The notes: generated by a model not told the origin, from the sequence alone. DNA of 64,000 nt from Daphnia carinata (GCF_022539665.2 NC_081333.1:12586001-12650000); one strand, 5' to 3'. Positions 11,401 to 26,942 are shown, counted from the first letter of the stretch. Made by a program: numbers and translations.

Positions 11401-14400
11401 CCGCTTCCGTTGAAAGGAATGCTTGGATGTTCTTGATTCCTGATGATATCTGCGCCCATCTCTCGTTAATAAACTGCTGCGCTTCTGACGCACGGCAAAT
11501 GACGACATCGAAGACACTGTAATGCAGCATGATAGGCACGCGACTCCAGCAGCCGTAATCTGACAGTGCGTGAAAAGCCTTTTCCTTTTTCAAAGAATAT
11601 TAGTAAGCAAACTTATAGTAATCGAGACAAAATCATTTGATTAGCTTTAAGAAAAACTAGAATGTTCCCACTTCCATACTCATAATAGGTTTTCTATCGA
11701 ACCGGTAATCGGGTGATGTCCTACGAAATGACTGAGAAAAGGTTGATGTCCTAAAAGAGGAAATGGACGCAGAATGGGACTACACGTTGACGCATAAAGA
11801 GAAGGGGCCAATCGCTATCGTTGTTGGCTAGAAATAAAGGCCGGATATCTAGGAAAGAATAAAAAAAAGGGCAAACAAAGAAGGGAACATTTGAGGGAGA
11901 AAGAATGGAACTTGAGTTCCGCAAATGTGACGCAAATAGAAGTCGAGTCTCAATAGGATCCTCAACGTTCCGAATGTTGGCCAAGCTCAATATTGGCGGA
12001 CGATTGCGGATGAGCGAGGACGACGCGCTTGCTGCATTTATTCTTTTTCAGTGAATACTGGGAATCGATTTACACAGTGGGACACGGAAAGTCGGCAAAC
12101 AATAGCTCAGCTGTTCAGCAAAGCTATTGTTAAGGGATATCGAGTCCGTCGATTGAATCTTTCACGTACCGTCTCTTTTGCGTTATTTCATCCACCATTT
12201 CTGCCTTTGCTGCTTTTCTTCCTATTTTACCCCATGGCTTTTATTTTATTTACTCGATATGTGATTGCCCTCTTGTTTGTCCGCGGCAAAACGAAGCCCT
12301 CTGCTTCTTTTGAGCCGGCGGTAGTGAAGTGAAGCAGGCTAGGCTTTGTCAGCGATTTATGGGAAATTGTCGTGTTCATCTTTTGCTCAAATAAAGATAG
12401 AGAATCTTTGACATTTGACGAGGAAATGGCTGATTATCTGGCACACATTTCTTCACAAGACTTTCTTTTATCTCCAATAATGTGACAGAAATAGTTATTT
12501 ACCCATTTTAGACCCATATTGACAATCGTAACAAGTATGACATTGCATGCCAATGCTGACTTGTCACGTGACTTTCCTTCAGGGTTGATAACAACACTCA
12601 CCAGGACTAGAAACAAGATGTAATGTTCGTTAAAGAGATATCGTCAACTATTAATGTTATTGTTAAAATGTCTTACCTGAAATAAATTCTCGTGTTATTA
12701 TTTCTTGTGTAATAAACCGCAAAGTGACAATGGCCCCCATCAGACACCATCCACCTACGAATTCCGACAATCAAGTTCTTTAATCAAGGCATTTCTCCGT
12801 CGTTTTACTCCCAGACTTGCAAGGAAAGGGGAAGAAAAGAGGATGTTCTGATTCAAAAGTCCAATTAATCTCGAGTGTACGTCGCGCACTGGTGAATCTA
12901 TCCCATTCTCCGCTTGATATGAAGCCATCAGCGTTAAGAGACTAAGAAAAGCGTCGGTCACGTTCCTTTGCGTCAACTCTCTCTAATCCATATGTCTCAT
13001 TTTTTTTCCAAATATAGTGTATGTGCTTGTGTATTTTTCCTCTGGTGTTGGCGGTCGTTAATGGATCGTCATCTTTTCGCTTGGCTTGTCCTTCTCCATT
13101 TTTGTATAGAAACGTGTCATCAACAGCAGTTGCAAAAGGCTTCCGATTACATACGGATGCCTTACATAGACGGACCGCAGTACGTAAAACGAAGGAGCTG
13201 GAATAGATTTTTACAAAATAAAATGCGCTCTAAATAATGTTGCTCGTTTGCATGTGGAAATTCAGAATCTTCATCTCCTCCACTTGAAACGTTTAGGGAT
13301 TCAAATAGTCTTGTTAAATCTGTGTGTACCAAAGTTTTTCTACATACGTAGACCGTACCAATTGTCACGTTCAATTGGATCATGCCATCTTCAAAACTTA
13401 CAAGAGCTTCCTTTCTTCGTGTCTGTCATTTCCGCTATAAATTTGTACGGCTTTTTTTTTTGTCCTGCACTGAAACTTTTATGTCTTTTTCATTTCGAGA
13501 ATAATCTGTGAAATCCTTTTTTGTGCTTGTCCTGCCCATCAACGACCTTGTACGCGTAATCAAGTTAACCTAATGTACATCCAAGAAACTCTAATTCGAT
13601 AACGCCAAGTATTCGGTTAATGCCATTATGGAAGGCCGATGAGTCTACGGCCAGTCCTAAGAGGACTGGACTGGCCGTAGCAGTCGGGGATGTCTTCGTA
13701 GCAGTGAAATAAAACAGCGTGACCGTTGCACGAAGAAATTAAAGTACAACACACAAAACAGCGGAAGTTTGGTGACCTCCGCATAGAATACTAGCAATGT
13801 GAATCCATTTTAAACTGAAATTTCTTCGTTGTAAGGCCATGCTTTTGTGTTTCACGCACTGACTCGCTTTTTGTCACCAGACTAACGATTTGTGAATGTA
13901 TGCGTAACACGGACTGACAGTAGGAGGAACATCAATAACCTAGCGGGAGTTATGACAAGAGCTTTGAAGAGAAACCCCTTGGGTTTCGTGTTTTTTCAGT
14001 TGCAGTCCCTCATCAGCTTTCTCATGCATAACTTGTCCATTACACCTACATTTTCGCTTCAGCGTTCTTGGCCAGCCCTCTGTTCTCTGTGGACGGCTGT
14101 TTCTTGTCTGATATATGTGATCCATACTGACGTAACGTGGGGAGTACTTTCCTTAAACACACAGTTCTTGATGTCGACATAAAAGCGACAGCAAAATGCT
14201 CGCTGTTATACAAGACCTGCAATTCGCAATTAAATTCAAGTGACGTCAAATTAAAGGACGTGTCGGCAACACCCATCGTTCTTCATCAGGAATTGATGAT
14301 GTCGAAAGTCTCTACTCATTTCGCTTGACGTCTGTAATGGAGACACTCCCTCATTCGCCAAAAAGAAAGGAAGATTAAAAATACTTACTTACGAATCATG

Positions 14401-16848
14401 ATGTGAAATTGATTTTTCGGAGCCGACGGGAACTTTTGATCGTTGATGTCGTGTAGAACGAACCCAAAGCCAACAGCTATTACATTATGTAGATGCTAGC
14501 TCTGAATGGTAATGTGGCCGCCATTGCAACTCCTGTCAATGACGTAAGAGTTTCACGAAAATAATACGATCCTTACGACCACAGAGCTTGGCAATACGTA
14601 CATCTAATGGATCAATGCCGATAGTTGAAACCAAAAAAGATTCAACCAAGATTTTAAATGGAAGGAAATCATTTGCACTGGATTTTAAAATTCAGGCCAA
14701 AAAAATCACAACTAATACACGAGAGCTGATCGTACGTCTGCAAAATAGGGGGGCGTTTTCTTGGTACACACTATCGATTGCTAGGGTGTCGTAACTAATT
14801 GATTCGTGAGGAAGACGCGTTAATTATGGAGGACGCCACCAGCGTGTCTTTAGGGTTCTCTTCACGATATCCCAAACTTAATGCTATCCATAAGAAACGG
14901 AATGCGAGGAGATAAAGAAATATAGATGGAAAATAATGTTCTCTTCAGTCTAGACGTGTATTTTTTTTGTTTCATTTTTTATTTATTATTATTTTCGTTA
15001 TATATATACTGTATTTTCACGTGACGCAGGCGCACGAGGGCTTCGTCATCAAACAGAGAAACCCAAGAACAAATTGAGAGGCAAACAAAAATAAATGAAA
15101 AAGAAAATCATTTAGCGCGCACATCAAATGCTTATGGCAGCAACGAAACCAAATAATCGATGTCTTCCGCTTGTTGTGGTTTGAAAACAACAAATACAAA
15201 ACAAACACATATGACGAGAAATAAGAAAATGGGTAATAACGAGCCGAAAGTTATACATGTATGATGCTGAGAGCCACGGTTGCGAAGGGTAACCAATCGT
15301 TCGTGTGGGAGAAAACACAGAACAATAAAGAGAAAAAATAGGAACGGGAAAGATTCGGTGAAATACGTCTATTAATAATAGAAAGATTAAAAAATAATAA
15401 GGTTCTATTATAAAAAAACGTCGAGAAGATTCTTATAATCTTAAGGGAAAGTAGGGATGAATAAAGGATACACACACGGGCATTTATGCAATCACGACCA
15501 ATAATAACACACATTATGATATTTTGTATATGTATAATAAATCAAGATCCCAGTTTACATTTGTTTCAAGTTTGTGTATATAATAACCAACTGTTTTGTT
15601 ATTATTTATTTTTTTTTTCACTGGTGATGTCATCTACGATATGCGGCAAGTCAACAATACTCACAGCCAATCCCGATATTGTTTTTTTTTCATAATAACG
15701 TATGTGGCTGAAAGTGGAGCATACAGATGCCGACATCTACTTTGTATTGCTGCTGCTGCTTCTGCTTAATTCGTTACAAGATTGGCTGTTAGACACGGCC
15801 AAAGAAAGCCTTGTAATCGATAGACCTACGATACTAGTGTTTGTTACCTAAAGGGATCGTGCGTTATGTATATTAGCAGAGGAGGGAGAAATCGAGAGGT
15901 TCGCTGATATCAGTTGGTAAGGTGGTAACACAGTCTTAACACTCTACTCTGCACGTATGAACGGCGCGTTGGTACAGATCATTATCGATATAACATCGTA
16001 GGTGGTCTGCGGTTCATTTCTTCTTCTTTTTTCGACTCATCAAAACCAACATATACACAGCAAGGCACACATTATATATATTTTTGATGGCATGTATATA
16101 TGTATAACACGCATTGATGTAATACTACCGGCTAATGTAAATCAATTAAACCATTCATTCGCGCATACATGTCGGATTTTCTTATAGATAACTCTCAGCA
16201 CCATACAGTCTTTTTTTTTTTAAGGGTGGAGGGGAGGTTTAAATGTGTTTTGTAAATAATAATCTTTTCAAAGAACATTAGAGGTCACCCTTTTTCTTTT
16301 ACTCGACTAGAAAATAATATGCTGGTGGCTAAAAAAAAAAAAAAAAAGAAAAATGATAGCGTCTCTTAAACGAAAACGCCACCAGTTATTTCCAGTCAAG
16401 CGATGACTACATGATGTCCGGTCCCGGAGTACAAACACAACAACAAAATATTTTATGTATATCGTACATATAAGCCAGCCGTTCATTGGGTGGGGAAAAA
16501 AAAAAAAAAAAAAAAAAATAGAAATGAATGGACAACTGAAGATTGGCAAATAAATTTCAAAAAGAAAATTGGTTGAATCAAAATGAATGAGGAGCGACGG
16601 CGTGCTGGCAAACTGATTCGTCACACTATGCCCTACTCTGGAAATTTCGTTCACCAACAAAATCCTTTCGTTCGTTTAGTTTTTCAAATGCAAAAAGGTA
16701 TCTTTTTTTTCTGTTTCTTTTTATAATCCACAATCAATGGCTTCCATTGAATTTTCTTTTCCACGAAATTGCTCGTTTTGTTTTTCCCCTCTTAAAAAAA
16801 ACATTTCATCGGCCGCTGAGTTGCGCTTGATTAAAATGTTATTCGTCT

Positions 16849-19800
16849 TCATTCCTCCTGTTTAAGTCCTAGAGAAGGAGCTTCTTCAGTTCGTCCACCG
16901 GATGGCGTCTCGACGAGCGACTGGAGTTCACCGGAGCTCTCGATGCGTCTCAGTTCGCGGACGACCTGTTCGTGCTCGTCGAGGAGCCGGGCGAATTCGT
17001 CGCGTCGATGGCGAACCTCATCCTGCATTCCAAAGTAGACACAAGCCACGCCAAGATTGTTTGTTAAAACGATCAACAAAAATCATTGAACCCAAAAATA
17101 AAAACATTCTATGATTGTAGAGCGGTGTTGCCGTGGTCACGGACAGCATTACGCAATATCCCCGGAATGTCTCGAAATAGATTCCGGCATTTTGTTTTGT
17201 TTTTGTTGTTCTTGAAAAACGATCAAAGTATACGCAGCAATGGGGTCAAAAATTGGGCGGACCAACTTGCAATTGCTAAGAAATTCTTCTTCTCTAGCTT
17301 AATGGGATGGAAAATTGAGGGCGAGAAAACAACAATAGACAAGAAAAAATGGGCCAAACTGTTTTCGCTGTTTGTGCGAAACGAGATTGGCCAGACATCA
17401 TCAACAGCTTTGATGACGTAGATTTCGTTTTTCCTGGCCTGTTTACAAGAAACATTCCCTGTCGTTGTACACTACACCTCTGCGCAATAGACCACAAACC
17501 TTGAGAGCTAGGAGGAGAACGGTGAAAAGTCATTTCCTTTTCTAACGAGCAAACGAACTGTGGTGAGACTTGCCTTGATCTGTTGAAGTCTGCTTTCGCT
17601 TTCCTCCCGCGACGTCGACCCGCGGCTACCTCGAGAGCACTGGCTGATGTCTGAACGGGCGTCGGCGTTATCGTCAAACACCTCGTTATTCTCCTGGCCG
17701 TCCGATGACGTTTGATGCTGGATGTAGAACTGATGGTGATGATGCGAGTCAGAGTAATAATGACTGCCGCCGTTATTGTCGCAGTCTCCGTCGACGTCGT
17801 CAACGACGATGCTGTTGACGATGTTATCGAGTTCGCACATATTAAACAGAGAGAGAGTAAATAAATTTAGTTAGCTAAAGCAACATATTCAAGGTATTTA
17901 TTATGCGCATAACACCGAGAGAGAGAAGATGTTTGGTGGCCCCGCAATGACGTCGAATATGAGCGTACTAACGGAAATAGAAACTCATGGCCAGCTACGG
18001 ATAGCCTTGTAGTTTTCATCAATAATTAATCAGATGTTTTACTTTTCTTTTTTTTTTTTTTGCCACCAGTCACAACCTTTAGTAGGGAAAAGAAAATCCA
18101 ATTTCCCGACATGGAATCGACTGCCGGTAAAAAAAAAAGAAAAAACTGAACCGCATCGGAGATTTGATCGCCAATCCATCAGACCTTTTGCTTGGCTCTG
18201 TCATCACTCCCGTTGGCCTTGGGTTTCGGCATCTTTTTTTTTTCTGTGTGTATACATCATTATTCAACACTCGCCAACTGATGTGCTTCGAGGTTTCTTT
18301 TACGTCATAGGGGCGGGCTGTAAAAGAAGCGGGGATGTGCAGTAGCTATTTATAACATCGGGAGGAAGGAGTCGAAAAACATTGATCTCATCAACGGTGC
18401 GGGCGGCTAAAGAGCAACATTATACGGCACGCATTCCCTCTCGTCGTTTTCAACAAAATTGCATCGTTAATCATTTAAATTTGACGTTAATTCATATTCG
18501 TTTCATTTACGTTGGTGATGCTACAAAGTTTTGCGCGTTACGATCGGGATGCGATAATCATCCGCATTTTGATTGTCAAACGAAATTGTATCGAGTTAAA
18601 AACTGCATACCTGACACATGATTGCAATTTGGGTCGTTCGCCATTAGTCCCGACGGCAGCGCCGTTCATTCCACACATGGATAATTCCGAGCCTGGAACA
18701 ACAACAAAACGTTAGTATAACAATCGACCAAAACGAAAAATTTTGCTTGGTACGTGGACGTCTAAGTTCCTGGTTTATTATTCTTAGCCAACCGGAAAGT
18801 ATCGATTCTTTTCCGATGAGATAACCTATCGATAGTCTACCAACATCTGCTTGCATAACATTTTTTTTCCCTTTCCTTTTTTAAAGAGCATATACAAGGA
18901 ACGAAAAAAAAAAAATGGCTAGACAAAAACAAATATGGACGAGATGGAACTGTACAACAGACGAGCTGAGCATGGACGGATATTCGCCTTCCAAAAGAAA
19001 GCTATACAGGGGACATTTTGAAGATAACAGCGGCGTTTACTAAGATAGAAAAAAGAAAAAAGAAAAAACAAGAACACGCATACCATGCGCGAACTGACGT
19101 CAATGAGAGTTAAATGAAAAGCGGCCAGCTCTGCGTGTTTGTTGCTTTGGTCCGTACCTGACCAGCTGCGTGTCAGTGCGACTGACGCACATGTCAGCTC
19201 GTTGCACACGTACTTGTATCACCAACAATTTTAGTTGCAATATAACGTTACACAATAAAATCGACGTAAAACAGCATCCAGCTGTATATTTGTCACCCCA
19301 GTTTTTACGTCACGATCGATAGAAAATCACGTGAGCATATCAGACATCGACCTTTTTTGTTATCTTTAATGAATCTATTATATCTTCGTGTCTTTAAAAC
19401 AACACAACATAAAAAATGGGGAACGCCCGTTCATGGGGCGTTGGTGATTTATCCATCTCTCGTGTCTTGCTCTCTTTTCTTTTTGAACGAAGAGCAAAAA
19501 CGATGAAAAACAAAAATCCTCTTAGAGAATAAGATCTAGCGGCTGCCATTTTGGCGATGCGATTGGAAAAAGATTTGTTTCTTTGTTTAACACACGCGAG
19601 CTGCTGGAGGGGACCATATGCCAGTATGGACATCATGAACTCGATCCCATTTTGCCGTTCGGTACGAAGCGTCGTGTTGCTAGTGATGACGCAAATCAGC
19701 GAAACCCGGGGCATGCCTCTTACAGTAGCCAAGGTATTTGGGGAGAAGGGGGAAAAAAAGAAAAGTAAAAAGAAAAGATACCAAGCTTATACGTAGACTT

Positions 19801-22240
19801 AAAACTTCCGACAAGATGACGTCAGTCCACCTTCTAAACGGATATGAGCTGCTCGTTGGCATCCGTCACGTTAGACAATCAACAAAGGAGTCGAGAAATA
19901 TAGGTGTACGGGGAATATATGAAATGTCTTTTACTAAAAAAAAAAAAAAAAAAGTTGTGGGTAGCTCGGCAACAAAGAATTCGTTTAACAAGAAACTGGT
20001 TGTGCGTGGGAGGCCCCCCGGTCTTTCGCGTATGCGTCATCGCTCCATCTTTTTTTTATTCCCCGGTATTATTATTATGTTTTATAGCTTGTCGTATACA
20101 CCTGCTGTTTGTTCCTTCTACTGAAATACCTGGCGCACATTTCCCTGGACTAGCGAAAGCAATCAATCCATTCTTGAGCACCACCCACTGAAGAGCTACG
20201 CCTTTTTTCCTTAAAACCTTATGGAAATTTGATTTGTTTAAAAAGTGCCGGTCTCCGCGTGAATGATGGACGCTATTGAGTCGGTCATTATGCGTAATAA
20301 GTAACTACTGGAACGCACGGCTCGCTTAGCAATCGAGCAAACTATGAAAATTAAAGCATAAAATGAGTTCCAAGAAATGATTTTAAATGACATTCAATCA
20401 TTTCCGGAAGCTACAGGAATAAGAATCTTTGCCATGTCTTGTGGCGCCAACATACCGGCAACGTTCTTTCCACCTTTTCTGTTGATTTCATTTTCTTTTT
20501 CTAAAGTTCTGAACAACATCGACGTGTCTTAACTTTTTTTTTCCATGGCCCGTGCGGAAGAAACGCGTAGATTTCAACTGCCCCCCCCCCCCCCCCAACC
20601 TTCTCCCAGTAGTTTGTGCCTGCGTACGAATAACATGCGGGAGTTCGAGGCGAGACTTTTGCCCGGTAAAAGAGTTTCAATCTAGTTTTTTTTTTTCTTC
20701 ACTCCGTCAGGGTCTAAAAATAGAATCGCTAATGGATCGAGTGTGTGGTGGGCGCAGAGCAGAAGCAAAACGTCAAGACAGCTGTGACGTCATCAAACTC
20801 TGCGTTCTTCTTGCTGGACACGTGCCATGTGATTGGGATTAGAAACAGTCGAACCTCCCGCAGCTCTTGGGCCTATATCTTACGGCGCAGACGGCCAACA
20901 CTTGAAAACTGTTTCGCCCGCATCCGCCCTCTTGGCGACAACATTGATCGTTATACTAACCCACCCCCCCAAAAAAAAACAACAAGTCTATCGAATCGAC
21001 AGCCACGTAAGCTACTCCCGACTGTGTTAGGCTGTGCGTTGAACTTTTCCCTACTTTGACGCAAGATCCCTCCTGATTCAATCAGTTGAAAATATGAAAA
21101 ACCAGCGCGAGGAAAAATTGTGTGGCATATTATCATAAAGAAATGGATTGAAAGTGAAATTTCCCTAGTCGATACGAAATGCCAATACATCTCTTCTAGA
21201 CACGTTTGAAAATGATCGATAAACTTGACGAACGGAAGAGAGCAGATGGTGCAACGTAATCCACATGCCGTAATAAAATAAAAAAGCTTGGTGTTCTCTT
21301 ATTAATTTAAAGAATATTGCATCAAAAAGAATATCAAACGTTTTTTTTTTTTTCGTATCAATCAAAGACGTGTGTGATGTCTACGTTTGATTACTCTCGA
21401 TGGAATTCAAATGTCCCATAATTCAATGCGTTACGGTATCTGTGCGTGTATCACATGTACAATCCCGACTGGCGTTTAGATTCACGTTCGTGTCGTTCTT
21501 GTTGAATACTAATGCGATTACAAGTGAAATGGGCGAAAATGTCCTCAGCATTCTTGGAATATTGAGCGTACAGATACAAAAGCAAAAAAGTGTTACGTGG
21601 AAGCCTTTCGTGCTTTGCATCATATACAAGCCTTACACTTTGAAACGGTCACGGACGTACGGAAACGATAATATAAACGAACAAAGACGACGCGGCGTCT
21701 CGTTCAATAACAGCGAAAAATATGTTACAATGCACTCGTTTTCGTTTTGTCTTTTTTTTCAAGCAAAAAAGAGAAAATGAAAAAGAAAATTGGGTTGCCG
21801 CTATTGGCACACACTATTCACAAAGAGAAGTAAAAATGGAATTTTCACAAGAAACGCACGGGAATTTGAAATAAAACTAAAATATTCTTGTGACGTGTTT
21901 TTCTTCTTTTTTACATTAACGTGAAGCCTCTTGGCGACAAGTCATAGTCGATGTCAAAAGGGCGACAACTAAATTGACGTCACAAAAAAAAAACCTTTGT
22001 CCCATCTTCGAGTTTTGACGTGAACACATAATCAGCAAAAATATTTCGAGATAATTCAAATGACTAACACGTGACGTTTTATCATTTGCACCGCGTACAC
22101 ATTCAAAACCCAACAAAACAACAATTGAATTCTCAAAATAAAGGCTTACCGGTTGTCAAGTAAATGGTCGTCATGATGATGAATGTTTTCAAAATAACAG
22201 GTATAGCCGAACGAGAGAATGAACAATATGAAACGTGTCA
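16849..22240 (-). CDS. Uncharacterised protein with a D/H/S-rich region and a C-terminal coiled coil; 5' end uncertain
   Basis: Exons 22150-22240 (…ENIHHHDDHLLDNR), 17574-17811 (IVVDDVDGD…RLQQIK) and 16849-17022 (DEVRHRRDEFARLLDEHEQVVRELRRIE…stop) join in frame using a GT donor at 22149 and a GC donor at 17573. The last two exons are better supported than the first. Confidence 0.55.
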
Positions 22241-25200
22241 CTTGAACGGATAATGTTTAAAACAGCAATTTTTTTTTTTTTTTTCGAAATAGTCGGAATT
22301 AGAAGCGACCTGATTGACGAGAAACAGTGCAATAGAACCGAGAGAGAGATCCTGACTCGTTCGAGTCTAGCGAACGATTGACAAAGAAAGCCAGGGGGGA
22401 AGATAGTACTACACACTTGGGGTGTACGATGATGCGGGGGGCAGTCGTCTCGTTGCTGTGGGCCGGAACACGGACGGGCAAATCTATAGAACGATGTGTA
22501 TAGAATTCGAAGGTGGTGGCAGCACACGACACAGGGAAAAAAACAAGAGCCAACGCCTGTTTTTTCTATGATATGTCTTTAGAAAAAACAGAAACTAGTG
22601 CAAAAAGAAATGCAATTGTTTGCGATGCTTGCGCAATATAATGTTGGCTGGATCACAGAGTATCATCTAGAGCGTCTCGCAATACGAGTGCTAGAAAGAC
22701 TAATCCTGTCACACTTGATCCGCTGGATCACTCAGGAAAACGTGGATTGCCACTGTGCGCAAGATAGATGACAAAATAGGCAAGTGAGTGGCGCAGGTGC
22801 TGCGTTATCCTCTTATTACATCTCTCTGCGTGTGTGTGCTATCGAGTAAATCGTATGCAGCTGGATATGTTTTAAACGCGAGTCCCCGATCCGTCACATC
22901 TTTTTTCCATTGTTCTACGGTGGAATAAAAAAAAGAAACGTCGAGTAAAGGGAACTAGCATATTATTATTCTGGCTGTTCACCCGCATATTTAGCGATTC
23001 CTATTGACGTCATCGTCTATCGTCACACACTGCCACTATGCATCGATGTGATAGAATACGCAAGGCAATAAAAAAGCGCAAGCACACACGACTCTCTTCT
23101 CCACCCTTACAAAAGCTGTTCTTTTTCTTCCCAGCAAAACGAAGTAGCAGAAATACCAATGGGAATGAGACAACTGGTGACGTCGTTTCCAGCAGGGCGT
23201 AGCCGTCAGGATGTGGAGGTGGCGAAATTTAAAAAAAAAAGGGGGGGAACTTGTAGTCGACTGAAACGAAAAAAAAAAACGGGGGGGGGGACTTTACTAT
23301 CGTCACGTCTTTGACGTCAGCAAAGATTTTCCCCATCTGTACGTAGGTCCATTAAATGTACTTATGTACTCTCCGAGGCCCGTTTCAAGATGCCTTTCTT
23401 TTTCTTGAGTCTTGATGCTTTAGATGTGATTGTGCAGTAGCCAACTAGCCATTTCGATGCTGTACAGAATTTCAAATTCATTATCGAATATCGATAATGA
23501 GATGCTACGTTCCAGCGGTTGTTTTCCCTACACCTAAGGCTTGCAACGAGATCTACGGTGAAACACGAGAGCCTCTCTTGCTAATGATAAACTCAAACGA
23601 GAAACCCAGTGAAAAAAGGAAGAAAACAAAAACAAAAAAAAAAAACAAACAATAAAAGAGGTAAGGGTAACGTACAACCTCAAAAGCCGTTGTTGGGGGG
23701 CGTTTTTTATTTCCTCGGTCGTTCAACTATTAGTAAAAAGAAAAGGAGAAGAAAATAAAAGAAGATCACAAAGTATCGCCTTTTTTTTTTTGCCGATACA
23801 CATAACAAAAAGAAAGTATGGTTTCTCGTTTTCGCTCCACTACTCCTTTTTGCGATATGTTTTCAAGGTAATTTTTACCTCCTCAGGCCAGGTGAAATAG
23901 AAAGAACGAAACAGCGGCACGTGTCGCCTGTAAAGTGTGTATCTCTTTTGTGTGTGTTTTTTTTTTTCGTTTGGTTTGTCGAAAATGTTTATATAACACG
24001 CAACACAGCAAACAAAATAAAATGTGGAAATTTCGAACAATATGCGTAAAGTCATGAACACACACACACACACACGAAAAAAAAAATCAGATAAAATGTG
24101 CGGAATTAGTGAAATATATCATTTGCGTGTTTCAAGTGTTTTTAGCGTCCGGCAAAATCAAACAGAAATCGATTGTAGTGTATGAACGTTTAGTGGTTCT
24201 CTTCTTGTGTTTCTTTGCTTTAAAAAAAAAAAACCATAGTACGATGGTCTTTTTGTTTTTTAATTGGCTGATTTCGATAGCAGTCAAGGGGGGTGGAAGG
24301 GGAAAGAAAAGTTAGGAGAACTGCTGGATGGCGAAGCAAGACGATGTGTGTTTATGGCGGACAGAAATGGATGGAGTCATATCGCTTTTTTTCTTTCCTT
24401 CTTTCGTCTGGATATGAGGGAGGAGTTGTAGATATTATATGACGCAAACTTCTAAAGGCCGACTCCATTTGAGCAACAATGGCGACACTAGTCTCCCTCC
24501 ACCCGCCAGTGTAGGAAACAAAAGCAGACCGTTGCTAAGTCGTGAGTAATGGACACGAAGATATAGAAAAGTACAAAAAAAAAAAACTAAACAAAAAGTG
24601 GATTGCTAAAATCGATTGAAATGGGAATCCAATAATCTATTCTTCGTCTTTCCCTTAACGTAGAGACGTCGGGTACAGCGTTGCTGGGAACGGCATGAAA
24701 AAAACAAACAAGTCTAGTGTGTTTGCGAGTGCATAGATATTGTGAAGTACAAGTCGCCATCGTTGGATATTACAGGCCGCCACGAAGCGGAGCAACGCCA
24801 AGGTTGACAAAGATTTCCTTGGACACGGCACACACACAAGTTGTGTCAGTGGCATGGAAAACTCTACAACAACGGCGCGTTCTTATTGAATGAAACAACA
24901 GCACCCCGTGTGTGTGTGTGTGTGGACAAGAGAAAATTCTCTTTTCTTTTTGGGAAGGGCAGGGGGAAGTTTTAGAAATGGTCTATTTTAGTTATAGCAT
25001 CATACTTTTTAGCTGCTTTTTTTTTTTACATGTGAACATATAGTCAGCAGACACGAGCATACCAAGTCCTGTGGGATATCTTATAGACAACCCGCGGGAC
25101 TTCATAACTGAGCACAGCCTATAGCACACGCAAGATGGACGATCGCGAGCATCTTAGATATAATAACACACACACACACACACAAAAAGGATTGGAGAGA

Positions 25201-26932
25201 GAGAGAGGTAGACAATTCCGTTTCAATCGGGAGCGAATGAGACATAGACTGAGAAAAAATGTTAGTATAACTTCCGTTCAGGATCCTCTTTGGCCTCCCC
25301 CCCCCCCCCGCGTCTTTGCTGACGCTGATCGATAAACAAGAGGGGGACCATTTGATACGATTGAAGTGGTCGATTGCAGCAGCACAAACACACCGTGATG
25401 TCTGTCTATTTTTTTAGAAAAAAAAAAGAATCACGCTCTTAGTAGGATTGAATTCGATAGGAAATATTATTATTTTTTTTTTGAAATGTCTGCTGTTATA
25501 TCGCAGGCGGAGACGCATTTTTTCGGGAGGCATCGGGATGCGAGACACTAAAAGTGACGTGTTGCGTGGAGCTTTATTAGCACGCCCCTCAAGAGATGGG
25601 CCTCAAAAGAAGCCCTCTAACAAACAAAAAACGCCCTTTCTTTTATTATTGATTGTTAAATGGCCCTGCAAAATAAAGGAATTTGTTTTTCTCTTTTTCT
25701 GCTCCGTCAAACGCACAGCAGACACTTAATATAATAATAATAAAAAAATAAATCCCGCATAATTTTTTCTATTCCCCCCTTCAGTTCTTTTCAACAAATA
25801 TAATAATATCGGCGACTGTTGGCTCGTTCGGGTCTAATAAAAGGAGAAAACAAAAAAAAGGAAAAACATCTACGATGACGTCTTTGGCATTCCGCCTGCT
25901 GTTTTTTCTTTTTTCAGGATGAAACCGTTTGCCCGACACTATGACTAGTCTCTGGTACTCTATCGTCTGGCGAGTCCATTTTGATTAATAGTCATCTGGC
26001 TCGCCCTCTTTTTTTTCGTTCTGTTGTAAATAGTGGAGAAATGCAGGAGCCCATCAAAAGTCTTGCCTGCCTTCCCTTTTATTTGCTCTGCCATTTGATT
26101 TCGACTACACGCCGCTCTTTCGGGAATCACATAAAAAAATAAAAAAAAAAGGTACGAATAAAATATCTCAGCTTTCCCTCCGTCGTCTATTGTCCCCGAT
26201 TCACGAAAATGTCCGTGTCTGGTGCCCCTCAATGGCATATATAGTACACTAGGTCGTGCATAATCTGATCTCTCTCTCTTTGTTCTCCCTTTTGCGCAAA
26301 GAGTTCGGAAAAGGCTGGCGTTTCGCACATCGTTCGGGAAAACAAAACAAAACATGAAAAATAAAGAAACGAAAGCAGGGGGGGGGGAGGACGGCAAACA
26401 TTCTGTGTGTGTGTGTGTGCGCTGGAAGAATTCAAGATGGGAGATAGAAGACAATAAAAACGACCTTTTGAAGCGACGTGAAAAAAACAAACAAAATAGA
26501 TGTCAGAGTCGCCAAATGTGCATAAAAAAAAGGGGAAGGAAATGATGAAAAGGAAAAACAAGAAAATGGTACATATATATATATACCTTATATAAAAGAA
26601 AGATGCAATAAGAGACGGTAGTAATGTGATGGTTGGTTGCGTGCAATGTGCGTCTGCAGATATATGTATACGGTTCTTGCCAAAACAGAAAAATAAGATA
26701 GTCGGCCGTCTAGGCGCCATTGGAAGAAAACTGGCCAATAAAAAAACTGCTGGAGAAACAAGGAAAAACAAAAACACACATGGCGTTTCTTCTTTTTTTT
26801 TTTTTTTTTTTTTTTGTCTTAAAGGAAGTTAAAAACGTATTCAACAAAAGCCGCTGAACGTTCGTAAACTACTTGATCGATTTTCTGTTTTCTTCTTTTT
26901 TTTTGAATGTCCTCAAATGATTTCGATTGAAT

Positions 26933-26942
26933 TCATTCCTCT

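Noticed and set aside
10600..14800. Decayed minus-strand gene or endogenous viral relic
   Set aside because: The sequence has a coding-like texture with few homopolymers and short ORFs (e.g. 11339-11593, 13162-13383), but stops and frameshifts are frequent and I recognised no motif. A tBLASTx search would be needed.
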